Position numbers and translations under genes: made by a program. A stretch of 62,590 bases of DNA, counting the filler, from Stramenopiles sp. TOSAG23-3 (Eukaryota): the NCBI GenBank assembly GCA_900128585.1. It is 37 parts of 37 records of this genome, joined end to end, with 100 filler letters (N's around TTAATTAATTAA, not from the genome) between each part and the next. Parts side by side here need not be neighbours in the genome. Positions count along the whole stretch, not along the records: positions 34,013 to 35,605 come from LT645646.1; positions 35,706 to 37,298 come from LT645647.1; positions 37,399 to 38,990 come from LT645648.1; positions 39,091 to 40,681 come from LT645649.1; positions 40,782 to 42,371 come from LT645650.1; positions 42,472 to 44,059 come from LT645651.1; positions 44,160 to 45,747 come from LT645652.1; positions 45,848 to 47,434 come from LT645653.1; 29 more parts are not named here. One strand, written 5' to 3'. The notes beneath the pieces were generated by a model. That model had not been told where the DNA came from. It ran no database searches and saw only the letters and a program-made list of their open reading frames with translations. Of the stretch, positions 34,724 through 46,405 are shown in pieces (the stretch's first letter is position 1; each line of letters opens with the position of its first letter).

Positions 34724-35596
34724 CTACAGCTGCACTCGTGGATCCTCCCATTGCGTTTCATTTGTGACGCGATTATGGTAGTAATACATGCCACTATTTT
34801 CATCATAGTATTTGCACCATTCAGAGCCATCGTCCTCTGCGGGTGGTGCAACGTAATACTCATCTTGCGCTTCGTCATACTGTGGACTTTTGCTCACATT
34901 TCCAAGAGAACCATTTGTTACCTTTGGCGACAAACCTGTCGGAGCATCATCCAAGACCGTCTCTGTCGTTTCCTCTTCTTCGTACCATTCCTGTCGAAAT
35001 TCAATTTGACCGGCTTGCGATTGGTCACTTTTTTTCACAGGGACATTGTTGCTTTGATGAATGTAAACATTTTCCTTTGGGCTTATTTTCGCAGCAAGGA
35101 ATGCTTCCTTCGGCGACATTGACTTTTTGCTTCTGGGGCTGATTATTGTGACACGGGGACTCAGTTGCGGGGAACGCTTCGATCGTGGGCTTTGGCGCAA
35201 TGGACTATGATGCTTTCTGACACCCTTATCAGAGGATGAGGGGCTTGGCGTTCGCGCACGTTTCGGTAGCGATGATTGCAACGCGCCCCCATTCACCGCG
35301 CGTTTGCTGTCCCGGTTTGCTGTCATCATTTGTTCTAACCTGGCGTTGATGTCATCCACTTTGTTCTGATATTCAATTTCACGACCTTCTTCGTCAGATT
35401 GCTCTTCACTTTCAGGGCCCGATGGAAGCTGGTTATGATTGGTCTTGGATGAAGAGGAACGAGAGGGTACGTCGGTGCTGCTGTCGCTTTCAGGTTGAAC
35501 GTAACTTTGTTTTGCCATAGTTATACTATCAACCATACGCTTGTATTCTTTCTGTTCTTCCAAATAATTTGCTTTGGCCTTTTCCAACTCTTCCAT
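34724..35596 (-). CDS. Protein with C-terminal WW domain (5' truncated)
   Basis: EWCKYYDENSGMYYYHNRVTNETQWEDP, preceded by SPR/SPK-rich disordered sequence. Confidence 0.8.
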   Translation of the reverse strand: MEELEKAKANYLEEQKEYKRMVDSITMAKQSYVQPESDSSTDVPSRSSSSKTNHNQLPSGPESEEQSDEEGREIEYQNKVDDINARLEQMMTANRDSKRAVNGGALQSSLPKRARTPSPSSSDKGVRKHHSPLRQSPRSKRSPQLSPRVTIISPRSKKSMSPKEAFLAAKISPKENVYIHQSNNVPVKKSDQSQAGQIEFRQEWYEEEETTETVLDDAPTGLSPKVTNGSLGNVSKSPQYDEAQDEYYVAPPAEDDGSEWCKYYDENSGMYYYHNRVTNETQWEDPRVQL

Positions 35597-35705
35597 CTGT
35601 AAGAGNNNNNNNNNNNNNNNNNNNNNNNNNNNNNNNNNNNNNNNNNNNNTTAATTAATTAANNNNNNNNNNNNNNNNNNNNNNNNNNNNNNNNNNNNNNN
35701 NNNNN

Positions 35706-37001
35706 TGCGTTTCGAACGGCAATTTTCTCTACCCCCGTAAAAGAAATGGTGATCGACGAATCTCGGTGCTCGACGCGTCCAAGGAGTGGTCGCACACGAG
35801 ACCTATCGATCTTGTAAATGCTGCTCAAAGCGGCGTCTCCCAGGCGAGAACCGATCTCTTGCTTGTGGCGCGAATGCACACTGCCATACGGGGACGACCT
35901 GTCGCCAAGGTCAACTCCAAGCGACATGAACGTGTTCGGCATTTTATCGTTTGGTACATACCCGTACCCAGCCGTCTGGGCCCAGCGCAAATCTGCAATG
36001 TCTGGTCCGCCTACGTAGCTCGCAAGTTGAACAAACCCAAACGGCATGTCTGGTTGATTAAATTGTTTTCGCCAATCGTCGATCATTGCAGGGAAACGAC
36101 AGGTGTACAGAGTCGGTTCCGCAGTGTTGGCTTCTCCTTGGTACCAAATAACTCCCCGCAAAGATGTGTGCAAGAGCGGGTGTATCATACCATTCCAAGC
36201 ACCAGAAACGTTGTATTCAGTCCCAGCCAAGGGCGTCCGGGGAGGGGCGCACGCATCCATTGCGTCCTTGCTGGACCAAAATTCAATCGGAGATCCCCCC
36301 CAGTTCGTATTCAAAATTCCAACAGGGACATTCGCGACTCGATGAACCCGGCGGGCAAATAGCCATGCCACAGCGCTCATGTAGAGCCAGTTGTCATCCA
36401 ACCGTCTTCTATTTTCCGGCGCATTGTTCATCGATATCGAAATGTTGCTGGCCACGCTCCAAGGCTCCTCAATTTCTGGCTGTTGAGACAACGGCGTCGA
36501 CGAGGAGAGTTTTTTGGAAGTGTACAATCGAATGTGCGGCCAGTTGTTTGCATCCTGGACGAGTGCGCTGCCATTGAATGCGTTCTGCACCAAAAATGCC
36601 ATGTTTGATTGCCCACTGGCGAGGTAAACGTCGCCGAACAGCGTGTCGTCAAAAGATACACTTTCAGACATCGCTGGGGTCACCAGCTGTGCCTGCACAA
36701 TGAACGGGGTCGTACCCCCTTTCATAGGTGGCAGTGTCGCCACCCACTCCCCGGACGTCGAGTCGACCGACGCGTTCACTACAGCAACAGGACTGTCCGC
36801 AGTTGTGGACAAAGTGACGGTGACCACTCCATCAGCGGGTCCTAAGTTTTCCACCGTTCCCCACACTTTTGCACTCTGTGGTTCTCTTTGCAAAACCATA
36901 TGTTTGCCGAAAGAGTTCGCAAACTTTACGAGTGGAGAGGCTCCAGCAACCCCCACGGTCAGAACCAATCCCAAGAGCAAGCTTGCCAGCGGTCGCACCA
37001 T
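35706..37001 (-). CDS. SIAE: Sialate O-acetylesterase-like SGNH hydrolase, secreted or lysosomal (3' truncated)
   Basis: Signal peptide, HMVLQR, FGDVYLASGQSNM, GVIWYQGEAN, FGFVQLA and VHSRHKQEIG.RL. Confidence 0.9.
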
Positions 37002-38509
37002 TGTCTTTGAACGTTGTAGTGCAGTGCGCCCTTTAGCACTTCAACGGTAATTATTGTATCACTAAACGCGTGGTAAACTCGTTTCCTACTACAATATATA
37101 TTGTGTATTAATTTTCAAAGACATGCAGTTTCACATTTATTAATTATGTAAGTGAACATTGAAGATGACCCACGCACGGATTAGAAAAAACAAGAACCTC
37201 TAAACTGTACTACTCATTACTTCAACTTTCGTTTCTTCCACAACCAAACACAATAGCATCTCGCTCCTCCCAAAAAAAAATACTATTATTAATAACAANN
37301 NNNNNNNNNNNNNNNNNNNNNNNNNNNNNNNNNNNNNNNNNNTTAATTAATTAANNNNNNNNNNNNNNNNNNNNNNNNNNNNNNNNNNNNNNNNNNNNGT
37401 TTTTAATTGGACTTTTGATGGAGTTGCTTTATTGTTTGGGGACGATGGTTCTATTGTTATGTTTCTATTTTTCAAACAGAGAGAGAAGAAAGAGACAAAC
37501 AATTTCTATTAATCTTTTTTTTATCTATTTCTTCTTGTTCTTGCATTTTATATATAAATATATATATTATAGGATATATATATTTCTGTTTTGCAGACAA
37601 ACATGTGTACGTAATGGTATGTCCATGTTAATATATCGGCGAGAATGTTGTAAATACGGAGCAGCAGTGGTGACATTTGCAACGGTGAAACGTACTTCAC
37701 AAAAAATGTGTACGAGATGTGTGTAAATAATGCAAATCTTATATCAGGAAAAAGATTTGGTATATTTTGGTTTTGATTCATTAGGATTTTCCTATACTGT
37801 ATTGATGCTAATGTTTGATACTTAGAGATATTAATATCAGGAAATTCTTGATACGGACCAAGTGGTTATTGGAAAATGCTTCATGTGATTTATCGTGATC
37901 CTTTCCTCATGACTTGGCAGTACTATGGACCTGCTATCAGTTTCTCGCGATGGAGTTGATTTTCCACAGCTGAATGGATTTTGATTGAGATTGAGAAATA
38001 CTCCTATCCAATGACATATAATTTATACTTGAAACGGAATTAGAATACTTAAAAAAAATAGCATTCATCGATTTCCCCCACTATCAAATGACACATAATT
38101 TATACTTGAAAGGGAAATCAGAATACGGGAATATACAAAAAATTTCAAATATATCGAATTGATTATATACCTTATATATATTAATATATAAGTGAAAAGT
38201 GAAAAGTGAAAAGGAAAATAATATATAAAAAAGACAGACGACACAGGGTTGCACAGAGAGAAAGGGGGGAGTGCGTGTGGATTTTACATAAAAATAGTAG
38301 TAGCGCGATACATAAAAGCTAAATGTCAAAACGAGAGAGGACATGATGAACGCGGAGAAAAATGAAATGGACAAGAACAACAATGCAACCAGTGTGTATG
38401 TGGCACCACCATTAAAAGATACAAACAATGATTTTATTTCTTTAGACAATAACGGTGGTTCAAAATCATGGTGTTCTGCCGCTGCGGAAGCTGAAGCCCT
38501 AGATTCAAT

Positions 38510-38670
38510 CATATAATACGACAGCTTTTTCTTCTTGCTATACAATGTATTGGCACGACAACCTGTTGGTTTTTGGTTCTCTGTTGGGTTTGGGGTACCA
38601 AATGCAAGATAGTTAAACCATCTCACAATATCATCAGGTGTTATATTCTTTAACAATATAACTATTCGAT
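38510..38670 (-). mobile_element. Truncated N-terminal segment of a stramenopile Crypton-like (tyrosine recombinase) element
   Basis: ITPDDIVRWFNYLAFGTPNP...PTGCRANTLYSKKKKLSYYM resembles the ITP..I.RW....AYG...P....P...R..SL...KKA.S.FM motif of oomycete and diatom CryptonS-type proteins (from recall). Confidence 0.6.
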
Positions 38671-39156
38671 TGCTAGTATCATATTTTCCTGATCTAACCA
38701 CTGTTGCACCAATACTGTGTATTACGTCTGTCTCTTTTTGTCTTATAAAGAGATATTATTGTAATATATTTATCGATCATGAAGTTACAATGATGCATTT
38801 AGATTATATACAGGTACTGTTGCAAGAATGTCACATTTTTTCATGTTCACAATTAGGGTATTAATGCTATTCCTATGTTATATTTATCTGATGCTATGCC
38901 CTTGCTGCCTACACTTCCCCCTATCAAGTGGTATACTACTCCCCTTACAACTACAATACATCAAAATGAAGGAAAAAGGGGAAAAGGGCGNNNNNNNNNN
39001 NNNNNNNNNNNNNNNNNNNNNNNNNNNNNNNNNNTTAATTAATTAANNNNNNNNNNNNNNNNNNNNNNNNNNNNNNNNNNNNNNNNNNNNGAAACTGATC
39101 GATGCTGGCGCAACCTTGCACGAAGATGTGGCTGGGTGCGACGTCGCTGCTAGTAG

Positions 39157-40681
39157 CGTCACATTAACGTTAGCTTTGACAGAGCACTGGAATCTGAAAT
39201 AGTATTGAATTCTTCTCTAACGCTCGTAGGCACCCCTGATATGCCCACTTTGACTGCAAAAGCAGGGAACAGACATTTCGGTGTGACTGGATCGTCGTCA
39301 TCGTCAGTTCCTATCAAAACTCTAAAACTGGAAAATTTACGCTTATATGGAGGTGGAAGTTCGACGCTGAACTATGGAGGCTCGATTTATGTAAACAGTG
39401 GCGCACTACAAATTACAAACTGCATCATTGAAGGGAACGAGGCAATGGCAGCTGGGGCGGTATATATTTCCAGCATAAAGGCAGATAGTGCTCTGAAAAA
39501 TGTCACGTTTAAGAATAATAAAGCAACCGCTGGCTATGGGGGCGTTTTCTTAATTATTTACGGGCCGATTTTCCCTATAATCGACTGTACGTTTATAGGA
39601 AACTTTGCTTCCCAAAAAGGGGGGGTGGTTGATTGTGGTTATTCTAATATCGCCGTGGAGTACGCGACCTTCGTAAACAACACAGCTGGAACTGGTCTAG
39701 GGCACGACCTCTCTATAGGTAGTTATTGCACCTTCCATATTATGAACTCAAATTTTCAGGAAGACCGCACCGACTTGGTTGCACTAAGTTCAGGAAGTAT
39801 ACCGTCATGCAACAGCACTTATCATTATTGGCGGCCCAAGTGTGGCAATCTGCCGACGTGTGAAGATGCTCAGTACGGAACAACATGCTCTTCTACATGT
39901 GAAAACCCAGGCACTGCAGGGGTATCGTGTGAAATTTGTCCAGTCAACACTTATGCGGAAGAAAAATTTTCACCGAGATGCGCGGCTTGCCCCAATGGCC
40001 GCTACACACGGGTGCTTAATCCTAACTCAGCAAGCAACCACGACAATTTAACAGACTGTAAGCAGCCCCCAAAGATCACCAACATGTCCAAAAACAACCA
40101 CTCCAGCATGGGCGAATACGTCTTCTTCCACGCCGAAGGTTTTTCTCTGGAGACGTTTGATAACACTTCTCAAGTCACCATTTCAACCAATGGAAAAAGC
40201 TGGACTAATATCGCACGCATTAGCGACACAGTGTTGACTGCAATGTCTCCAGCAGACACTGGTGCAGGATACCCCCTACTGATTACAGTAGACGGGATCC
40301 CATTCGATACGTCAGAAATAATATTATTTTACGTACCTCCAAATATAACTGGGATCCTCCCCCCCCCCTTTCAAGGGGGGACTTTAGTTGTGGAAGGTTT
40401 AAATTTTGGTCTAGACCCATTACTGGTACAAATTAATTTTGTCAATGTCAGTCAGTGTGAGAATGAGAAATGCTCTGGAGCAGAAATTAGCAATGGGAAT
40501 ATTTTGTGCCAATATAAATCAGTGGGATACCCTGGCCTATGTAAATCACTATATGTAACTGTTAACGGGCAAAAGAGCCAAGCAAGGGAGTTTTGCTACG
40601 AATTCGATAAAGGAGAAATTGTAGGTGTCCCTGCGGGCGTTCAGCAAATTCAGGAGGACGGCAAGGTTACATACGAGATTG
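39157..40681 (+). CDS. Cell-surface protein fragment: Pmp-like beta-helix repeats, Cys-rich GCC2/ephrin-like repeat and IPT/TIG domains
   Basis: GGSIY/AGAVY/GGVF with FxxN motifs, CEICPVNTY...CAACPNGRY, PPKIT, PPNIT..GGTLVVEGLNFG and VTVNGQKS. Confidence 0.8.
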
Positions 40682-40781
40682 NNNNNNNNNNNNNNNNNNN
40701 NNNNNNNNNNNNNNNNNNNNNNNNNTTAATTAATTAANNNNNNNNNNNNNNNNNNNNNNNNNNNNNNNNNNNNNNNNNNNN

Positions 40782-42003
40782 AATTGGAAGCGTTGAATCT
40801 TGAATTAGTACCAGTTACGTAAACAGCCCCCCCTTTATTTACTGTTTCTGTGCTTGCATCTCCCCCCGTCAGGTTCAAACTCTTCACCACCAGCTCTCCG
40901 CCGCTCTCCACCTTGAACAAACGGTTCGACCCGCCGCCGATGATTTTCGGCAGGTTACCTTGGGCGTCTGGAATTCCTGTGACGTTTAACTTGCCCGTGA
41001 CGACGATTTGGGAGTAGAGGATGCAATCGCTGGTGAGGGTGGTGGAACCGCTGGAGGGAATCGGGCATGACTCATGTATCCATATGTTTCCACCATCAGC
41101 AAATGCAGCAAGTTTTCCTCCGTCAGACGAAGATGCAATACCCTGCCAGCCTTTTGTATCACCAACAGAGACATCTTCAACCCAAGTGGTCCCAGAATTG
41201 GTTGAAACCCAAAGGTTTCCAAACCTAACACATGCTGCCAAGAGTTTACCATCTGCCGAAGAAGCGACCCCATGCCACTTTTGTGTAGAACCAACTGCTG
41301 TCCAACTACCACCAGAATTGGATGAAACCCAAATACCTCCTTCGTACACTACGGCAATCAAGTTGGTACCATCTTCAGATGATGCGATAGCAATCCAGAC
41401 TTGTGTTGTTCCAACCGAAGTATCTTCTGTCCACGTAGCCCCAAAATTGTTTGAAATCCAAATGTTTCCCCCTGATACTGCAGCGGTTAATTTTGCCCCG
41501 TCTGCCGAAGAAGCGATAGCACGCCAGTTTTGTGTAGAACCAACCGCTGTCCAATTACCACCGGAGTCGGACGAAACCCAAATTTTTTCGCTTGATTGTT
41601 CTGCAACAGCTGCTATTTTGGTTCCGTCAGAAGAAGAAGTAATGCCACACCAATTTTTCACTGAGCCTATAGACGTATCTTCCGTCCAGATCGCCCCTGA
41701 GTCGACAGAGGTCCAAATATTACCACCATATACAACAGCAGCCAGCTTCGAGCCGTCGGAGGAGGAAGCAATGCTGTACCAATCCTGCGCTGTACCTGCA
41801 GAATTCCAAGTACCACCGGAGTCAGTAGAAGTCCAAATATTCCCACCAGAGGTGACAACAGCCGCCAGTTTAGTTCCGTCTGCCGAGGAAGCGATAGCTC
41901 TCCATGATTGTGAGCTTGCCCTTGCTGTCCAAGTGCCATCCACCGTGCCAATCCATATCGTCACAATAAAAAAGAATATCTTTTGCGTGCATGAAATTTT
42001 CAT
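40782..42003 (-). CDS. Secreted BNR/Asp-box beta-propeller followed by a Pmp-like domain (3' truncated)
   Basis: Signal peptide, about seven repeats of W..IASS.DG.KL.A...GG.IW.S.(D/N)SG.(T/N)W, then NRLFKV...LNLTGG...GGAVY. Confidence 0.85.
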
Positions 42004-42471
42004 ACTTGTTTAAGTCGCGAACTCTGATGAAGAATTACCTTTTATTTTCATAAATCATTTGAACCTTGGAGACATTCTTCCACTCGTTGCGAAATCTCCA
42101 CGAACGTCCGGCGCCATCCCGCGAATGCAGAATGGGGTACATTATCTTTTTTAATCAAAATTTTTTTATTAAAAAATGCAGGTAGTTTAACTGTCGCTTC
42201 TCCCAATTTGATAGGAGATGTTCCGTACTTTTTTGACGCCATTTCATACGGACGGCCCAACTTCTCGGTACAAACAACAACAACAAATATAAATATTGCG
42301 ACTATATTTTGAATAAAATATATAAGTTTATTACGGATGAAGCGACGTTGAGAGATAGGTATTAGCATACANNNNNNNNNNNNNNNNNNNNNNNNNNNNN
42401 NNNNNNNNNNNNNNNTTAATTAATTAANNNNNNNNNNNNNNNNNNNNNNNNNNNNNNNNNNNNNNNNNNNN

Positions 42472-42627
42472 AAGAAAGAAGAAAGAAGAAAGAAGAAAGA
42501 AGAAAGAAGAAAGAAGAAAGAAGAAAGAAGAAGAAGAAGAAAGAAGAAGAGATGATGATGAATGAAGAAGAAGAAGAAGGAAGAAGGAAGAAGGAAGAAG
42601 GAAGAAGGAAGAAGGAAGAAGGAAGAA
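42472..42627. repeat. (GAA)n-rich microsatellite
   Basis: Imperfect GAA/GAAA/GAAG tandem. A complementary (CTT)n tract lies at about 42757-42843. Confidence 0.9.
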
Positions 42628-43095
42628 GATAGAAGTAATAATTAGTTATAAACACAACAAACAAAGTCATTGTCAATCGACGACTATAATACGTCGATAA
42701 AAAAAGATGCTATCTTGTCTTTTATTTATATCTTAAATCTAGTCTTTCCAGCCCTACTCTTCTTCTTCTTCTTTCTTCTTTCTTTCTTCTTCTTTCTTCT
42801 TTCTTTCTTCTTCTTCCTTCTTCTTCTTCTTCTTCTTCTTCTCCTATTATTGGTACCTCAACAAACAAAACAAAAAAAACACAGCAGAAAAAGAAGAAGA
42901 GGATCTCTCTCATTATACACTTTCTTCTCATTTTGTATTATAGAGAAAGAGAGACCATTCACTACATAATTTATGTTATTCAATGTTTGGGTAGATTTGG
43001 ATTTTGATTCAGCCATCATAACAAGACATAGTTTTGTTCTTGATCGGAGTTGTCTTTCTACATAAAGTCTCCCTCATTCGTTCGTAGTCACAAGG

Positions 43096-43793
43096 ATGAA
43101 GTTCCGGTTCTGTGGTGGGCTGGACGCACCGGACTGGCTGCTCACGGAGATCGCCATTGTTGCCAAATTAGTAAGTACTAGATGGTTGACCCCCACAATC
43201 ACGCACTTTATCCCTTCTATGTTCAATTCTAACACGTTTCATGTTTTTTTTCTACTCTCCATCGCTTGTTTTAGACTCCCGAAGATATAAGTTTCGTCAC
43301 AAAGCAAGTCGTCTCTCAGCTCGTGGACAAAGAGTTGGACTATGGGAGGCTGCAGAAACTGTCCACGAAGCTAACGCTTTCCCGTTCCGACGTAAAGGCA
43401 GCCCTTGCAGCGATCAATTTTTTGCTGGATTCAGCCACTCGTTACGATGTTGACCGTTCTATACTGGATATAGAGATGCAGCAGCTAGGACTTACCAGAG
43501 AAACGAGCGCGACCCTGCTCGATGTTTACTTCAGCAAGAAGCCTGAGATCGAGCAGAACTATAGAACGAAAGAGTTTAAAATGGAGCCCCCTGGGAGTAT
43601 CCGGTGGCGGCTGGACTATATTATTGGCTCCAGCGTCTCGAAGGAGGCGCACAGCCCTAGTGTAAGGTTAAAGATACCAGGTTCAAAGAAGAAGGGATCC
43701 CCGCTACAGTTCGACGTGCCCGTCGACAAATTTCGCGTCCTGTTGTCCGAGTTAAAAACGGCGCAGGCTATTATCCAAAACTTGGAGAAATGA
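43096..43793 (+). CDS. COMMD4: COMM domain protein 4; two exons (43096-43170, 43275-43793)
   Basis: MKFRFCGGLDAPDWLLTEI. Phase-0 intron GTAAGT...CTAAC...TTTTAG at 43171-43274 restores the frame. EMQQLGL and WRLDYIIGSS motifs. Confidence 0.93.
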
Positions 43794-43843
43794 GACCACC
43801 GAAACTAAGGTATGAATGTTTTTCGTGCCCCGGGTATGATAGT

Positions 43844-43910
43844 AAACAAGAGTGAAAATTGGCTGTGTTATTTAAGTAATTAAAATTAATGTACTGCGAA
43901 CTGATCTCTA
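43844..43910 (+). repeat. Dispersed AT-rich repeat, copy D
   Basis: gaaaattggctgtgttatttaagtaattaaaattaatgtactgcgaactga, about 50 nt after the COMMD4 stop. Confidence 0.85.
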
Positions 43911-44159
43911 CTGTTGTGATTTTAGTAAATCAATATACCCTAGCTAGTCACTTAAAATAAAAAAACAAATCATATTACCAGCAGTGAGCAACTCAGCATT
44001 GCCTCGACCCTAATAGTGCTATCCTCGGATGAAGACACAGGGAATCAGAGCGTTGCCAGNNNNNNNNNNNNNNNNNNNNNNNNNNNNNNNNNNNNNNNNN
44101 NNNTTAATTAATTAANNNNNNNNNNNNNNNNNNNNNNNNNNNNNNNNNNNNNNNNNNNN

Positions 44160-45747
44160 CGTCTTCTGCCCGTAGTACTCCGCTTGCCAATTCTCAATCT
44201 TTTCCTTCAGCGACCGCTTCTCGAGCACAACCTCTTCGCTTTTCTCCTTCGCGGTCTGCTTCTGCACTTCGATCTTTCTTTCCAAATCTGTCAAAACGGC
44301 CAGAGTTGCGTTGTACTTGTTCTTGATTTCGTTCTTTTCCCGTTCGGCTTCGTTTGCCTGCTCCGTCAGCATGTTTATTTTCTGCTTCGCTTGCATGCTG
44401 AATTTCGGCTGCGCCATGCCGTCTTCTGCCTCCGCGCGCATTTTCTTCATTTTCTCCTGTTGCCGCTGAAACTGCAGCTTTTCCTCGTCGTCGGACTCGG
44501 GCCCAGAATCAGAGGCGGAGCCCCCGCCGCCTGCATCTTCGTTCCGCTGCGAAGAAGACCCTTTCCTGCCTGACGCTGGCTTTGAGGAGGAAGCACTCTG
44601 GCCCATCTTTGCTGCAATTGCCAATTCCGCGCGGTGCTGTGCATTTAAACGATCCACGGTTTTCTGAAGTGCCCGTTTCTTCTCCTCTTCTGCTGCACGA
44701 CTTTGGCTCATCATCTCTTTTTGAAAACGCTCTTGGAGTTTCTTCTTCTGGGCCTGCAACGATTCCATGACAACCCGGTCCATTTCGTCCTGGTGTCCTT
44801 CCTGTAATTTCTTCAAAAGATTTGGATCAATGCTGGGTTCGGCGCATTCCATTGTCTCTTCGGGGGCGTTGCACTGGGCCTTTGCAGTGCTGCTTTTGAT
44901 CCCTGGAACGCTGCCGTTGGTCCTCGTGGCACTGCTCTTGGTCCTTGGGGCACTGCCCAGTGCAGATGAAGCGCTGGTCTCAGAGGCCACAGGCTGCTGG
45001 GGAGCACCTTTTCTTTGGATTTTGTTGGGACCGGCCTGTGCGGCCGATGTGCTGGTCTGGGGGGCAAGAGGTGGCTGGTCTGAATCTATGCTTTGCGCTT
45101 TCGGGGCTTTGCGCTGCGCTGGAAAATTTTTGGAAGGCTTCGTTTGTGTGCTAAGCGTGCGTGTTTGCGGCTCGTTTATTGATGTAGACTGTTCCGTAAA
45201 TTCGACCGCAGTTGTCTGTGCTGAAACGTTGGCTTTGGTGGCCACACCTTTCTTTTTAGATAGCAGCTCATTGGCCAGCTGAACGCCTTTCAGCTCGTCC
45301 GATAGTTCCAAAAACTTGCGTTCGTGCACCTTGTCCTGAGCTTGAAGGGTCGATTTGTGCTCTTCAATACTTGAATGTAGCTCCTTCGCGTGCGACTCTT
45401 TCAACTCCTGAATCGTTTGCTGGAGCTTCTCCTCGCCCCTCTTCTGCCGGCTTTGCTGGCTCTCTATGCGGTTTTCAAGCTCGACGATCTCGCATTCTTT
45501 TGCTTTAATGTCGTTTTCCAGGCTCAAGTGCTTCCTGTTAACAACGGAGTTTTCACCCTCGGACAGTTTTGTTTTCTTCTCGTAATCCAGAATCTTTAGC
45601 TTTGCGTAATGTAACTCGGTCTTCAACTGTTGGATGATGTGCATCGGGTCCTCCAGTGCCCCTGCTTTTCCCTTTCGTTTTCTCTTTGAGGTCGCAACAC
45701 CAGACCCTTCCCCTTCCTCCTGGCCATTCTCCGAAGAGGACGAAGAG
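44160..45747 (-). CDS. Large coiled-coil protein (internal fragment)
   Basis: More than 490 open codons of E/K/Q-rich heptads with low-complexity linkers. Confidence 0.75.
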
Positions 45748-45847
45748 NNNNNNNNNNNNNNNNNNNNNNNNNNNNNNNNNNNNNNNNNNNNTTAATTAAT
45801 TAANNNNNNNNNNNNNNNNNNNNNNNNNNNNNNNNNNNNNNNNNNNN

Positions 45848-45937
45848 CTGGAAGACGGCCGAACCTTGAGCGACTACAACATCCAGAAAGAGGCCACGTT
45901 GCATTTGGTACTTCGCCTTCGTGGTGGTGCACAATAA
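45848..45937 (+). CDS. Ubiquitin, C-terminal fragment (likely the last polyubiquitin unit, AQ extension)
   Basis: LEDGRTLSDYNIQKEATLHLVLRLRGG-AQ-stop. Too short for the ORF track. Confidence 0.95.
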   Translation: MEDGRTLSDYNIQKEATLHLVLRLRGGAQ

Positions 45938-46405
45938 GTGGACCAATTGTTTTGTCGCTGCCAATAAGCAAAGGGTTGGTCGGCAATTGCGTCAACGTTA
46001 AGAACTCTGCGTTCTTAAAAAACGTAGTTGCCTTCAATGGTTTTGTGGCAGCACAGGTAGTATTTTTATACAAACCAATGACATGAATTGCATTCGTATA
46101 GAAAGTTTGTAAATATCAGCTTCAATTTTTTTCGTTAAAAGGGAATGAGAGAAACGACGCAGAGAATATGTGCGTGTGTTCGCGCGTGTATTAAACTAAA
46201 AGTATAAATACTTTTGCTTTTCATATGTTTCAGTTGAAGACTTCAATGCTCTTATTTTATAATCGTACCAAAAATCCCTTCATTACTACTAAAGACTGCT
46301 TTCTGGACTTCGTAAGAATTTTTACAAGTGTGCGCTACTCGTTCCCACTTGCTCGTATTGCGTCCAGCAAGCGAAGCGTTCGGGGAGAGGCTAGGATGGG
46401 GCACG

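Noticed and set aside
41021-42013. 330-aa plus-strand repeat ORF
   Set aside because: It is the antisense shadow of the Asp-box propeller gene, which has a signal peptide and recognisable motifs. The same applies to 5924-6781 and 28879-29763.
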